Assembly (NCBI GenBank): GCA_017539025.1
Contig: JAFYHT010000061.1
Location: 5,211 to 69,210, forward strand
DNA length: 64,000 nt
DNA from: Erysipelotrichaceae bacterium
Lineage (GTDB): Bacteria > Bacillota_I > Bacilli_A > Erysipelotrichales > Erysipelotrichaceae
Direction: 5' to 3'
Position numbers and translations under genes: made by a program. A model generated the notes under the pieces. It was not told the origin of the DNA, made no database searches, and saw only the letters and a list, made by a program, of their open reading frames with translations. Position 1 is the first letter of the stretch. Each line of letters begins with the position of its first letter. Positions 8,024 through 17,004 of this stretch are shown here, one piece after another.

Positions 8024-9193
8024 TTAGTATGTAATGATCTTTTTCTTGTCTCTAAGATTTAATGCTCTATTTAGGTCTGTTGTATAAAAATCATATTCAA
8101 AATGATCGTCGTCTTCAAGAACTAGGTGATCAGGCTGGTTAACCCATTTGAAATGAAGGCCCCAGTTCCATGTTTCGGTTTCGTTCTCACGGAAAGTAAT
8201 TATTACAACGTCGTTTAGATTTCCTGACGTGATTGGAACTTTGTCACATTCCGTATTTCCATCTCCTTCTAAGAAGTAATATACGTATCCTTCATCAAAA
8301 TCTATAATCAGATAAAAATCATGCAACGAATCTTCTCTAATGTAAGAATATTTACCAGAATCCCCATTTTTATAATGATCTTTGTCATTATTTGTATAAT
8401 CTTCGTATCCTTCAAAATTGGATGAAGACGATGGTGATTCGTCGTTTTCGTTGTTTATGATCTCTTTTTCAGGTTCCAATAGATGATAAAAAATCTTTAC
8501 AGTTGCATCTTTATCAACCCATTCCATGCTTTTAATGCTAGAATTGCCATTTATTTCTATTTTGTCTACTATACCAACATTAGATTCTTTGTTTTTTGGC
8601 AAATCCTCGGATACATCAAATACAATGTTAGTAAATCCAGCATCTCTGAATTTTTGTTCAATTGATTCGTATGTTTCTTCGTTTAAAGAATACTTTATTG
8701 AACTAATATCAATCTGATTCTTATGTTTCTTTTTTTCTCTTGATGAAGATAAAGACAGTCCACCGAACAAAAGCAACATCATTACTATCCATGCAACTAC
8801 AAGTAATAGGTATAGCTTTTTCTGTTTTTTTCTATGAATCTCTCTTAATTCTATTAGTTCAGTTGATGACTTTTGGCTTAATGCAAAATGTTCTTTTTCT
8901 GATATACTCTTAAATTCTATGGAACATTGATTGCATAGCGTACCATCTGCTATTTTTCTCTTGCCAATTATTCCAAGCTTTTTTCCGCACACCGCACAAT
9001 ATTTGTCGTCGCCAACAGCTTTGTCATACTTCTGAGTTGCTGTATCAACCACTTTTTTGCTAAAGTCAGATACATTCTCTTTAAATTCTTCTTTATCAAA
9101 ATTCTCTACTGTATCTGATATTTTACTAGTTGCTTTATCTAATGTTTCACCAAGAAATGAACCTATCTTCTTAAATTTATCTTGATTAGCCAT
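8024..9193 (-). CDS. Zinc-ribbon (DUF4428-like) / single-TM protein with a large extracytoplasmic C-terminal region
   Basis: 389 aa, AGGAG SD. Contains CAVCGKKLGIIGKRKIADGTLCNQC, a TM helix (LYLLLVVAWIVMMLLLFGGL), then a ..IEQKFRDAGFTNIVF.. module and an acidic/aromatic C-terminal domain. Confidence 0.7.
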   Translation of the reverse strand: MANQDKFKKIGSFLGETLDKATSKISDTVENFDKEEFKENVSDFSKKVVDTATQKYDKAVGDDKYCAVCGKKLGIIGKRKIADGTLCNQCSIEFKSISEKEHFALSQKSSTELIELREIHRKKQKKLYLLLVVAWIVMMLLLFGGLSLSSSREKKKHKNQIDISSIKYSLNEETYESIEQKFRDAGFTNIVFDVSEDLPKNKESNVGIVDKIEINGNSSIKSMEWVDKDATVKIFYHLLEPEKEIINNENDESPSSSSNFEGYEDYTNNDKDHYKNGDSGKYSYIREDSLHDFYLIIDFDEGYVYYFLEGDGNTECDKVPITSGNLNDVVIITFRENETETWNWGLHFKWVNQPDHLVLEDDDHFEYDFYTTDLNRALNLRDKKKIITY

Positions 9194-9250
9194 ATATTCT
9201 CCTTTTAAAATTATTAATATTTATCAGCTCTGCTATTGCTTAATGTATGG

Positions 9251-9973
9251 TTATTGTGCTTTTGAAGAATAATAAATAACTACTTTTTCATTGCTTAAAT
9301 ATACTTCTTCTCTCGCAATTTCTTCACCACCAATTGTAACAGATTTTACTCTTCCTTCCTTAGAGGACAGTCCGAATTTTGATAAGTCTTTGAGCGGAAT
9401 ACATTCAACATTTCTAAAGCCAAGAGAAGAGAATTCCTGTAATATTTTTTCATAATTCTTTCCTTTGCTTCTGTACAAAGAATCAGGTATTTCAATTTGT
9501 TTTCCTAATCCCCTATCAATATTTGCACTTTGTTTTAATACTATCTTGTTCTCTCGTTCCGCTCTTTCATAACTTGCGAGATTTAATACTAGCATGTAAA
9601 AAGATACAAAAAGAATAAGCCAACCTTTAAAGTTACTTCCTTTTTCCAATAAAGAAACCACTCCATAAGTGAAAACTAACATTGTTAAAAGACCAAAAAA
9701 GAAAGAAAAACTATTAAAAAGAAATAGTCTTTTTTCTTGTCTTTTTAGTTGTTGTACATGAATATTGTTTTCATAATCAATAACCACCTGCCTAGGTTGA
9801 TTATTCTCTTTTTTTTCTTTCGGATCATCTTCTATTTTTTTTACAACATATGAATTTATATCTTTCAAATTGATCTTTGTTCCACAATACTTACAGAACA
9901 GTTCTTCTCTATCAAACTCATAATCAAGCTCAGCAGAACAATTTGGACATCTCGTTAAATATATCGTTTTCAT
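9251..9973 (-). CDS. Zinc-ribbon / two-TM protein with a C-terminal module shared with the neighbouring gene
   Basis: 240 aa. Contains CPNCSAELDYEFDREELFCKYCGTKI, two TM helices, then ..YEKILQEFSSLGFRNVECIP...VKSVTIGGEE...VVIYYS. Confidence 0.7.
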   Translation of the reverse strand: MKTIYLTRCPNCSAELDYEFDREELFCKYCGTKINLKDINSYVVKKIEDDPKEKKENNQPRQVVIDYENNIHVQQLKRQEKRLFLFNSFSFFFGLLTMLVFTYGVVSLLEKGSNFKGWLILFVSFYMLVLNLASYERAERENKIVLKQSANIDRGLGKQIEIPDSLYRSKGKNYEKILQEFSSLGFRNVECIPLKDLSKFGLSSKEGRVKSVTIGGEEIAREEVYLSNEKVVIYYSSKAQ

Positions 9974-10176
9974 TTGAGTTCCTTTCCGATGTTTTTCTAA
10001 TAATGTTCTTAAAACAAGAAATTTTATTCAAACCGTAATTCTTTTATTGACATTATTCCGATAAACAGAAATATTTGTAAATATAATCGTTGTCTTCAAC
10101 CTTTAAAGCCTTTCTAAAATAATAGTATTACACTTTTTATCAAGTCAGTATTTTTTTACTCTATTTGAGCAAGTAT

Positions 10177-10623
10177 TTAACCCTCATACTCCATCCATGA
10201 ATCTTTCGCCTTGAATCCGCATTTCTCATAAACCGGCATTCCCTGTTTTGAAGCCGACAGGAAGATATGAGTGATATTTCTTTGTTTTGCCTCTTCGATC
10301 AGCTTATTTAATAAAGTCGATGCAATTCCTCTTCTTCGATAAGAAGGATCGGTATACATGTTGGTGATATAAGCTCTGATACCAATTTCATTGGAAAAAG
10401 AAGGAGGAAAATCCAGAAACATGATCGCAGCTGTCCCGACGATCTTTTCATCCTCGATCGCTATCCATTCGATCATCTTCTCTTCTTTCATCTGTCTTTC
10501 AAAAAAGCGATTCAGTTTTTCATCGATATCGATATCAGGATCCTGGCCTTCATCGATCAGCTGTTTCTTTCTGATCTGTGCCAGTACTTTGATATCATCC
10601 ATATCTGCTTTACGAAATTCCAT
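10177..10623 (-). CDS. GNAT-family N-acetyltransferase
   Basis: 148 aa with acetyl-CoA motif YTDPSYRRRGIASTLLNKLIEEAK. Last gene of the esterase/ATP-grasp operon. Confidence 0.85.
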   Translation of the reverse strand: MEFRKADMDDIKVLAQIRKKQLIDEGQDPDIDIDEKLNRFFERQMKEEKMIEWIAIEDEKIVGTAAIMFLDFPPSFSNEIGIRAYITNMYTDPSYRRRGIASTLLNKLIEEAKQRNITHIFLSASKQGMPVYEKCGFKAKDSWMEYEG

Positions 10624-10668
10624 ATCTAACCTTTCTTTTAAGAAAAGATCCCGAAGGATCTTGATTCT

Positions 10669-11850
10669 TTACTTCAATACGTCTTTTGCGAATTCCCTGG
10701 CTTCTTTTTCCGTATCGAATAAGCCCAGGAACATGTAGTTGGCCATTGCACCGGAAAGTGCTTCTTCCACTCTTCCTTCTTCCTTGAGATGATCGCCATA
10801 CTTCTCTCTGACCTGTTCAGGAGTCAGTTCGAATTTCAAGCCATCTCTTCTGGAAGCGAAGCAGCAGACGCCATCTCTGCTTCTTCCTCTGTCAGTCTGA
10901 TCGTAAGCAATCATATCCGCCCAGATCTCATAGGCATCCGTGCCGTTGGCGTAGTTCATCATCGTCGGAGCGATTCCTCCAGGAGGACGCATGTTGACTT
11001 CAAGGGCTACGATATCACCCTTCTTACCGATGTGCTGATCCTTATTCAGACGGAAGAATTCCATATGGACGAATCTGCCCTTGACGCCAAACGCCTTGAC
11101 TGTCCTTCTGCCCGCATCCAGGAGATCCTCCGGTAATTTACTTCTCTCATAGAAACAGGAATTCTTCTTTTCAGAAACTGTTTCCATCAGATTGGCGACT
11201 GTGACGTTGCCATTCTCAAAGATCGGCTCTCCCTTGGAGTTGATGACGGAGTCATAAGTCTCCACTTCACCATAGATGTATTCTTCCATGATGTAGGAAA
11301 GATCCAGCTTCGTCTCAAAGAATCTCTTGAGATCATCTTCGTTCTTGATCTTATGGGTATCATTGGCACCGACACCGTTATCCGGCTTGGCGACGACAGG
11401 GAAACCAACTTCCTTGATGAACTTCATACATCCGTCATAGTCATCGACGATGTGATATCTGGCAACAGGAACACCTGCCTTGAGATAATTCTCTTTCATC
11501 TTTGACTTGAACTTGATCATATCCATCTCACAGCTGTGAGGACCGGTATTGACATTGAAGTCATCTCTGAGTCTGGCGTCTCTCTCGAGCCAATATTCAT
11601 TATTGGTTTCAATGAAATCGACCTTGCCATATTTGAAACAGAAGAAAGCCACAGCTCTGTAGACCTCATCGTAGTTCTCCAGTGATGAGACCTTGTAGTA
11701 CTCATTGAGAGAACCCTTGAGCTCATTGGTCAGCTCATCATATGGACAATCGCCAATGCCTAAGACATTGATCCCATTCTCCTTGAGCTTGTTGCAGAAA
11801 TTCCAGTGGTTTGCCGGAAAGTTCGGCGAAATGTAGATAAAGTTTGACAT
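10669..11850 (-). CDS. ATP-grasp domain protein (CPSase/PurK-like carboxylate-amine or -thiol ligase), substrate unknown
   Basis: 393 aa with FPVVAKPDNGVGANDTHKI, IMEEYIYG and ALEVNMRPPGG motifs of the ATP-grasp fold. Confidence 0.8.
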   Translation of the reverse strand: MSNFIYISPNFPANHWNFCNKLKENGINVLGIGDCPYDELTNELKGSLNEYYKVSSLENYDEVYRAVAFFCFKYGKVDFIETNNEYWLERDARLRDDFNVNTGPHSCEMDMIKFKSKMKENYLKAGVPVARYHIVDDYDGCMKFIKEVGFPVVAKPDNGVGANDTHKIKNEDDLKRFFETKLDLSYIMEEYIYGEVETYDSVINSKGEPIFENGNVTVANLMETVSEKKNSCFYERSKLPEDLLDAGRRTVKAFGVKGRFVHMEFFRLNKDQHIGKKGDIVALEVNMRPPGGIAPTMMNYANGTDAYEIWADMIAYDQTDRGRSRDGVCCFASRRDGLKFELTPEQVREKYGDHLKEEGRVEEALSGAMANYMFLGLFDTEKEAREFAKDVLK

Positions 11851-11853
11851 AGT

Positions 11854-12609
11854 CTATTCTCCTAACAGATAAGGCAGGAAGTAAGGAACCTGCTTATACC
11901 ACCACGGCCAGTCGTGATTGACATCGCTTCCCCAGTAATCGACCCAGATATTGATCCCCAACTCGTGGAAACGCTGATCGAGATATTGCGTGGACCAAGG
12001 TTCTTCCCAGGCACCCATGCCGACACAGACGACAGCCTTGTTATTGTTATAACGTTCGATGAACGGATGATCCGGAGCCATCCCTCTCATATAATCGGTG
12101 ATGGAATTCTGATATACCACATCATCCATGTAATCACCAAGGAAATATGATGCATGATAGATGCCACTCAAAGCCAGACACCTGTCAAAGAGATCCGGGA
12201 ACCTCAGATACAGATTCAGCGCATGAGTTGCACCCATTGAACATCCGAAGGTCATGATACCCGGATATCCATCCCAGCCGTTCCTGTCATTGACGAAACC
12301 TCTGATGAACGGAACGACTTCTCTTGTGATGTAGTTGATCCACTCTTCATGATGTCTGACACGCCTGTACGGATCGCCATTCTTGTCACTCCATGTCTCG
12401 ATATCGATCGTATCGATCGCAAAAACGATGCACTCGCCGTTTTCGATCCATGGCGCAAAGGTATCCGTCAGATGGAAATTCTCAAAATCGAAGAATCTTC
12501 CATCCTGACACGGAATAAATAAGATCGGCTTTCCATAGGAACCATATACCTTTAACGGCATCGTCCTGTTGAGATTACTGCTGTAAAATTCAAAATAGTT
12601 GGTTTCCAT
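11854..12609 (-). CDS. Esterase-family alpha/beta hydrolase (esterase D / putative-esterase type)
   Basis: Nucleophile elbow GCSMGATHA. ATG at 12609 lies 6 nt after GAGGGA. 3 nt from the ATP-grasp gene. Confidence 0.8.
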   Translation of the reverse strand: METNYFEFYSSNLNRTMPLKVYGSYGKPILFIPCQDGRFFDFENFHLTDTFAPWIENGECIVFAIDTIDIETWSDKNGDPYRRVRHHEEWINYITREVVPFIRGFVNDRNGWDGYPGIMTFGCSMGATHALNLYLRFPDLFDRCLALSGIYHASYFLGDYMDDVVYQNSITDYMRGMAPDHPFIERYNNNKAVVCVGMGAWEEPWSTQYLDQRFHELGINIWVDYWGSDVNHDWPWWYKQVPYFLPYLLGE

Positions 12610-12621
12610 AATCATTCCCTC

Positions 12622-13380
12622 TTACAAATCATAGAACAGGACATCCATAAAGAACGGAACCTGTTTTTCCCAGCTCGCCTCATTGTGTTCTCCATGAGGC
12701 ACGATACGGCTTTCCAATAAAACTCTTTTTCTGATCAGAGCTGCCGCCACATCGGAATAGATGTGCCTTGTATCGCGATAATCGATCTCCCTGTCACCAT
12801 AATCCATATACAGGACAGTACCCTTTCTGAACCTGCTGTTTTCGATCATCTCCATGACCTTGCCCGGACAGAAACCGACAGACGGAGATAAGGCAGCACC
12901 TCTTGAGAAATACTTGCCATAGCAGCAGATCGCATACAGCGTCATCAGACCGCCCATCGAAGAGCCGGAAATGAAGGTGTGTTTCCTTCCCGGGATCGTC
13001 GGATAGTTTTCATCGATGTAAGGCTTGAGCTCCTTGACAAGCCAGTTCATCGTCTTTCTTCCTCTTCCCTTGATCACTCCGAAATCCGGATCAGCGAAAT
13101 CAAACGGCGAATACTCGGACAGCCTTCCGCCGTATTTATGTGTTTCCGGATGGTGGTTACATTCGACACCCACGATGATCAGAGGTGTCTCGCTTTCTTC
13201 CATATATTTGCGCAAACCCCAGCTTTTTCCGAAGCTTGCTTCCTCATCATCGAAGAGATTCTGACCATCAAACATATATAGAACAGGAAAGACTCCCTCA
13301 AAATCAGGAACATATACATAGACTTTTCTTTTTTCACCCCTGGTCAGTTGAGGGATCTCAGTCTCAAAAACATCTAACAT
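12622..13380 (-). CDS. Esterase-family alpha/beta hydrolase (Fes/IroE-like 'putative esterase' type)
   Basis: ..KVYVYVPDF..PVLYMFDGQNLF.., GSSMGGLMT, and C-terminal His (PHGEHNE). ATG at 13380 with a GAGG SD; the track start 13386 is TTG. Confidence 0.8.
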   Translation of the reverse strand: MLDVFETEIPQLTRGEKRKVYVYVPDFEGVFPVLYMFDGQNLFDDEEASFGKSWGLRKYMEESETPLIIVGVECNHHPETHKYGGRLSEYSPFDFADPDFGVIKGRGRKTMNWLVKELKPYIDENYPTIPGRKHTFISGSSMGGLMTLYAICCYGKYFSRGAALSPSVGFCPGKVMEMIENSRFRKGTVLYMDYGDREIDYRDTRHIYSDVAAALIRKRVLLESRIVPHGEHNEASWEKQVPFFMDVLFYDL

Positions 13381-13444
13381 AATCAACCTCTGTAAGTATG
13401 AACTTATTTTATCCTATTTGGCTGATTCATGAAACAGGAACTAT

Positions 13445-13469
13445 AAAAAAGGAATGTATCAACATCCCT
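13445..13469 (-). terminator. Rho-independent terminator after the nitroreductase gene
   Basis: Minus strand reads AGGGATG-ttgata-CATTCCT followed by TTTTTAT. Confidence 0.5.
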
Positions 13470-13477
13470 TTCAACAA

Positions 13478-14005
13478 CTAATCGATATAGAAGACGCGAT
13501 CATCTCTGATCGGAGGAGCCGCAGGAAGATCCCCATCGATATAACCGATCGCACAGTGACCGACACCCTCGTAGTCCTTCTCGATGCCGTGTTTTCTTAG
13601 TAATTCCTGAAACTCTTCTTCCTCAAATTCTTCAAATGCACGGTTGATCCAGATACTTCCCAAGCCGATGGAATAAGCTGCCAACATCATGTTTTCCATC
13701 ATCAGTGCACCATCATACTTGGAATTCCTGCCACCCTTTGGTTCCAGTACTACCAGTAATACAGGTGCACCATAGAATGGATCGACATCCTCAGAAAAGC
13801 CACCGATCCTTCTGTTGGCCCTCACAAACATTTCTCTGATCTCAGGATCCTTTACCACCAGTACGATCCCTGCCTGCATATTCTTGCCACTTGGTGCCTG
13901 AAGTCCCGCATCGACGATCGTTCTGATCTCTTCGTCTGTCGGGATCTCTTTCTTATACTTTCTGATACTTCTTCTTTCCTTGATCGCTTTTAATACTTCG
14001 TTCAT
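13478..14005 (-). CDS. Nitroreductase-family protein
   Basis: 175 aa with ..IKERRSIRKYKKE..AG.QAPSGKN.Q.., typical of the FMN nitroreductase fold. Confidence 0.85.
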   Translation of the reverse strand: MNEVLKAIKERRSIRKYKKEIPTDEEIRTIVDAGLQAPSGKNMQAGIVLVVKDPEIREMFVRANRRIGGFSEDVDPFYGAPVLLVVLEPKGGRNSKYDGALMMENMMLAAYSIGLGSIWINRAFEEFEEEEFQELLRKHGIEKDYEGVGHCAIGYIDGDLPAAPPIRDDRVFYID

Positions 14006-14014
14006 CTTGTCCCC

Positions 14015-14902
14015 TTATTTCAACGCTTCCCGGATATGGCCATCTGCCTTATCCAGTTTCTCTTTCGCTTCATCTTTTGTAATACCTAACAGGATCATGA
14101 CGATCGCCTGTTTACAGTTATTATCCGTTTGTTTCAACACTTCATCCGCCTTATCGTGATCGCAACCCGTGGCTTCCATGACGATCCTACGGCATCTTTC
14201 CACGAGCTTTTCGTTGGTCGCCTTGACATCGACCATCAGATTGCCATAGACCTTGCCGACACCGATCATCGTTGCCGTTGAGATCATATTCAGTACGATC
14301 TTCTGACAGGTCCCGGATTTTAGTCTCGTCGAACCGGTAACGACCTCCGGACCGGCAGACAGTTCGATCGGATAATCGCAATGCTGAGCGATCTCCGTAT
14401 TGAAGTTGCAGCACAGACATCCCGTTCTTGCCCCTATTGATCTTGCGTAATCAAGACCGCCGATCACATAAGGAGTCCTGCCTGAAGCAGCGATCCCGAT
14501 CACGAGATCTCTGTCACATAAATCGATCCTCTTAAGATCTTCTACCGCCAGATCCTTAGAGTCTTCTGCACCTTCTACCGCCTTGACAAATGCGTTATCA
14601 CCGCCGGCGATCAGTCCAACAAAACGGTCGGAATTGTAAGTCGGGACGACCTCGACCGCATCCATCAGACCTAGCCTTCCGGAAGTCCCTGCGCCGATAT
14701 AGATGATGCGACCGCCGTTCTTGTAAGCTCTGATACATTCATTGATCAATATCTCGATCTCCGGCAAGGCATCCTTGACTGCCTTTACCACCTTGAGATC
14801 TTCTTGATTCATGATCTCGATGATCTGTCCTGTACTTAACAGATCGATATCTTCCGTCAGTTCATTTCTTGTCTCTGTTGATAAACCTGAAATATTGACC
14901 AT
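14015..14902 (-). CDS. murQ: N-acetylmuramic acid 6-phosphate etherase
   Basis: 295 aa with a SIS domain. ..LSTETRN..T.DIDL..EIMNQEDLKV..AV...GGRIIYIGAGTSGRLG..DA.E matches MurQ over its whole length. TAATG coupling to nagA. Confidence 0.9.
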   Translation of the reverse strand: MVNISGLSTETRNELTEDIDLLSTGQIIEIMNQEDLKVVKAVKDALPEIEILINECIRAYKNGGRIIYIGAGTSGRLGLMDAVEVVPTYNSDRFVGLIAGGDNAFVKAVEGAEDSKDLAVEDLKRIDLCDRDLVIGIAASGRTPYVIGGLDYARSIGARTGCLCCNFNTEIAQHCDYPIELSAGPEVVTGSTRLKSGTCQKIVLNMISTATMIGVGKVYGNLMVDVKATNEKLVERCRRIVMEATGCDHDKADEVLKQTDNNCKQAIVMILLGITKDEAKEKLDKADGHIREALK

Positions 14903-16056
14903 TACTTTGCCTCAAAAAGCTTTCCATCGATATAGGTAGCTTTATTATTGAAAGAATCATCAAAGACAGCCAGATCCGCCTTATAACCTTCCTTGATCAG
15001 GCCTCTGTCATTGATTCCCAGCATCTTCATCGGATTGATCGTCACCGCGTTCATCGCTGTCACAAAATCGATCCCCGCTTCATGGATCGCGTAGTCCAGG
15101 ATGTGATTGAGTCTGTGGCAGGAACCCGCCAGCGTATTGGTACCGGTGATATAGGCAACGCCTTCCTCGGTCACCGTTGTCGTCCTTCCCTTTTCTTCAA
15201 ATTCATAGACACCCGGTTTTAATCCCTTGATATTGACGGAATCGGTGATCAGGATGAACTTATCCTTGCCTTTGGCCTTCGCCAGGATATTGGCTGCATA
15301 TTTGTTGACGTGGATGCCATCGCAGATACACTCCGCATAGCAGTGATCGAAATACATCGCTGCACCAACTACACCAGGTTCTCTGTGATGAAGACCTTTC
15401 ATGCCATTATAGGTATGAGTGAAGGAGATCGCGCCATGTTCGATCGCTTCCTTGCAGATATCGAAGCTTGCGCCGGTATGGCCCAAGGCAACTTTCATTC
15501 CCTTCTTTATACAATAATCAATGACATCATAATTGCCATTCAACATCTCCGGAGCGATCATCACATAGATCAGATGGCCATTACAGGCATCATTGAATTC
15601 ATCAATCACCTTTTTGCTTGGAATGATCTGGAAATCCAGAGATTGCGCTCCTCTTTCCTTACCGGAACAGATGAACGGTCCTTCCTCATAGACACCCAAT
15701 ATATGAGCACCCTTCTTATTGTCATGATCGATGTATTCACCGATATTCTTTAACGCCTTTAACAATCCTTGCTTCGGGAAGGAAGAAATGGAAGCCAGTG
15801 TCGCTGTCACACCTTCTGATGGCAGATAAGCCGACCACTCCTTGAGCCACTTCTTAGTCGCCTCATTGGATTCACACCCGTTATAACCGTGATTGTGGAC
15901 ATCACAAAGACCTGGCATCACGATCAGATCATCATAATCGACATCCGCTTTGAACAATCCATATGGATAGACACCGACGATCTCATCTTTCCTGATCTCG
16001 ATCTGTTTTGGCTGCAGTCGTTCTTCAAAATAGACACACTTACTCTGAATGATCAT
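14902..16056 (-). CDS. nagA: N-acetylglucosamine-6-phosphate deacetylase (paralogue 2, murQ-linked)
   Basis: 384 aa with PGLCDVHNHGY, YEEGPFI and downstream His/Asp motifs. Directly upstream of murQ. Confidence 0.85.
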   Translation of the reverse strand: MIIQSKCVYFEERLQPKQIEIRKDEIVGVYPYGLFKADVDYDDLIVMPGLCDVHNHGYNGCESNEATKKWLKEWSAYLPSEGVTATLASISSFPKQGLLKALKNIGEYIDHDNKKGAHILGVYEEGPFICSGKERGAQSLDFQIIPSKKVIDEFNDACNGHLIYVMIAPEMLNGNYDVIDYCIKKGMKVALGHTGASFDICKEAIEHGAISFTHTYNGMKGLHHREPGVVGAAMYFDHCYAECICDGIHVNKYAANILAKAKGKDKFILITDSVNIKGLKPGVYEFEEKGRTTTVTEEGVAYITGTNTLAGSCHRLNHILDYAIHEAGIDFVTAMNAVTINPMKMLGINDRGLIKEGYKADLAVFDDSFNNKATYIDGKLFEAK

Positions 16057-16077
16057 ATCAAGTTCCTTCTTTCAATC

Positions 16078-17004
16078 TTATTTTATATCAGCCTGTGTGA
16101 TCTTTAAAATCAGATCGGAAGCTCTTTTATCCATGACATCGGACATCTTCTTTCCCTGATCCACAAGATCCGCAAAGTGTTTGAGTTCATAATAGAAATC
16201 CGAGATCAGCTCCTCATGGATCTCATGTCTTTCGCCATCGATCTCGTAATAGGCATCGCCACTCTTCCAGAAGTTATCGGCACGAAGATATCCCTTTTCT
16301 CCTGTAACGATCAACGTACAGTCGCCATCTTTGCGATTGGAGACACTCGATTTTCCAAGTACTCCGTGATAATCGAGATCCGCATATGCGCTAGATTCCG
16401 CTTTCTCAGCTGTCCGATCACTTTCTAAGCTGTTGAGCTCAGGTTCACAATCCATCAGGAAATTCATCGTTCCGATCGTATAGGAACCCAGATCACTTAA
16501 TGCACCACCGCACTTCGGATCATTGATCCAGTGACTTTCCGAGTGGGAACCATTCCTCATGAAGGAGGCATAGATCTCTTTCGTCTTGCCTAGTACTTCA
16601 TCTTTGATCATCTGTCTGATCCTGATATTCAAGGGAAGGAAGACCGACTTCAAAGCCTCCATCAGTAAGACATTGTTTTCTTCTGCCAGGGCAAACATCT
16701 CTTCATTTTCTTTTAATGAAAACAACATCGGCTTTTCACAGATGACATTCTTGTGATGTTGTAGACACATCTTGATCAGCTCATAATGACTTGGATTGTA
16801 TGTTGCAATATAGACGGCATCGACATCACTGTTCAAGAAGTGATCATAATCGCCATATTCCCGGCATCCGTATTTTTCAGCATATTCTTTCGCCTTATCG
16901 ATATTCTTGGACGCAAAACCGACAAGATCGATCTCCTTTACCATGAGTGCAGACTTCGCGATCCTGTTTGCGATATTGCCGCAGCCAAAGATGACCAGTT
17001 TCAT
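16078..17004 (-). CDS. Gfo/Idh/MocA-family NAD(P)-dependent oxidoreductase
   Basis: N-terminal Rossmann VIFGCGNIANR and the ICEKPM motif. Confidence 0.85.
   Translation of the reverse strand: MKLVIFGCGNIANRIAKSALMVKEIDLVGFASKNIDKAKEYAEKYGCREYGDYDHFLNSDVDAVYIATYNPSHYELIKMCLQHHKNVICEKPMLFSLKENEEMFALAEENNVLLMEALKSVFLPLNIRIRQMIKDEVLGKTKEIYASFMRNGSHSESHWINDPKCGGALSDLGSYTIGTMNFLMDCEPELNSLESDRTAEKAESSAYADLDYHGVLGKSSVSNRKDGDCTLIVTGEKGYLRADNFWKSGDAYYEIDGERHEIHEELISDFYYELKHFADLVDQGKKMSDVMDKRASDLILKITQADIK

Larger units (their letters stand above)
7343..10176. other. Low-GC, GATC-poor genomic islet adjacent to tRNA-Ala (three orphan genes, no recombinase)
   Basis: Single 60-nt lines sampled inside hold 15/60 and 22/60 G+C, versus 31/60 and 29/60 in flanking genes. 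GATC count is 4 in 8041-8640 versus 17 in 14401-15000. Intergenic regions are long and AT-rich. Confidence 0.5.

Noticed and set aside
9974-10176. An attR-like direct repeat of the tRNA-Ala 3' end at the right border of the islet, which would make it an integrative element.
   Set aside because: By eye I found no copy of the tRNA 3' segment longer than 8 nt. The only shared 8-mers are AT-rich (TAAAATAA). No integrase or excisionase gene is present.
10669-11850. The ATP-grasp as a graspetide/RiPP macrocyclase, since esterases nearby might suggest ester-linked peptides.
   Set aside because: The enzyme is CPSase/PurK-like rather than RimK/MdnC-like. No short precursor-peptide ORF is visible in or around the operon.
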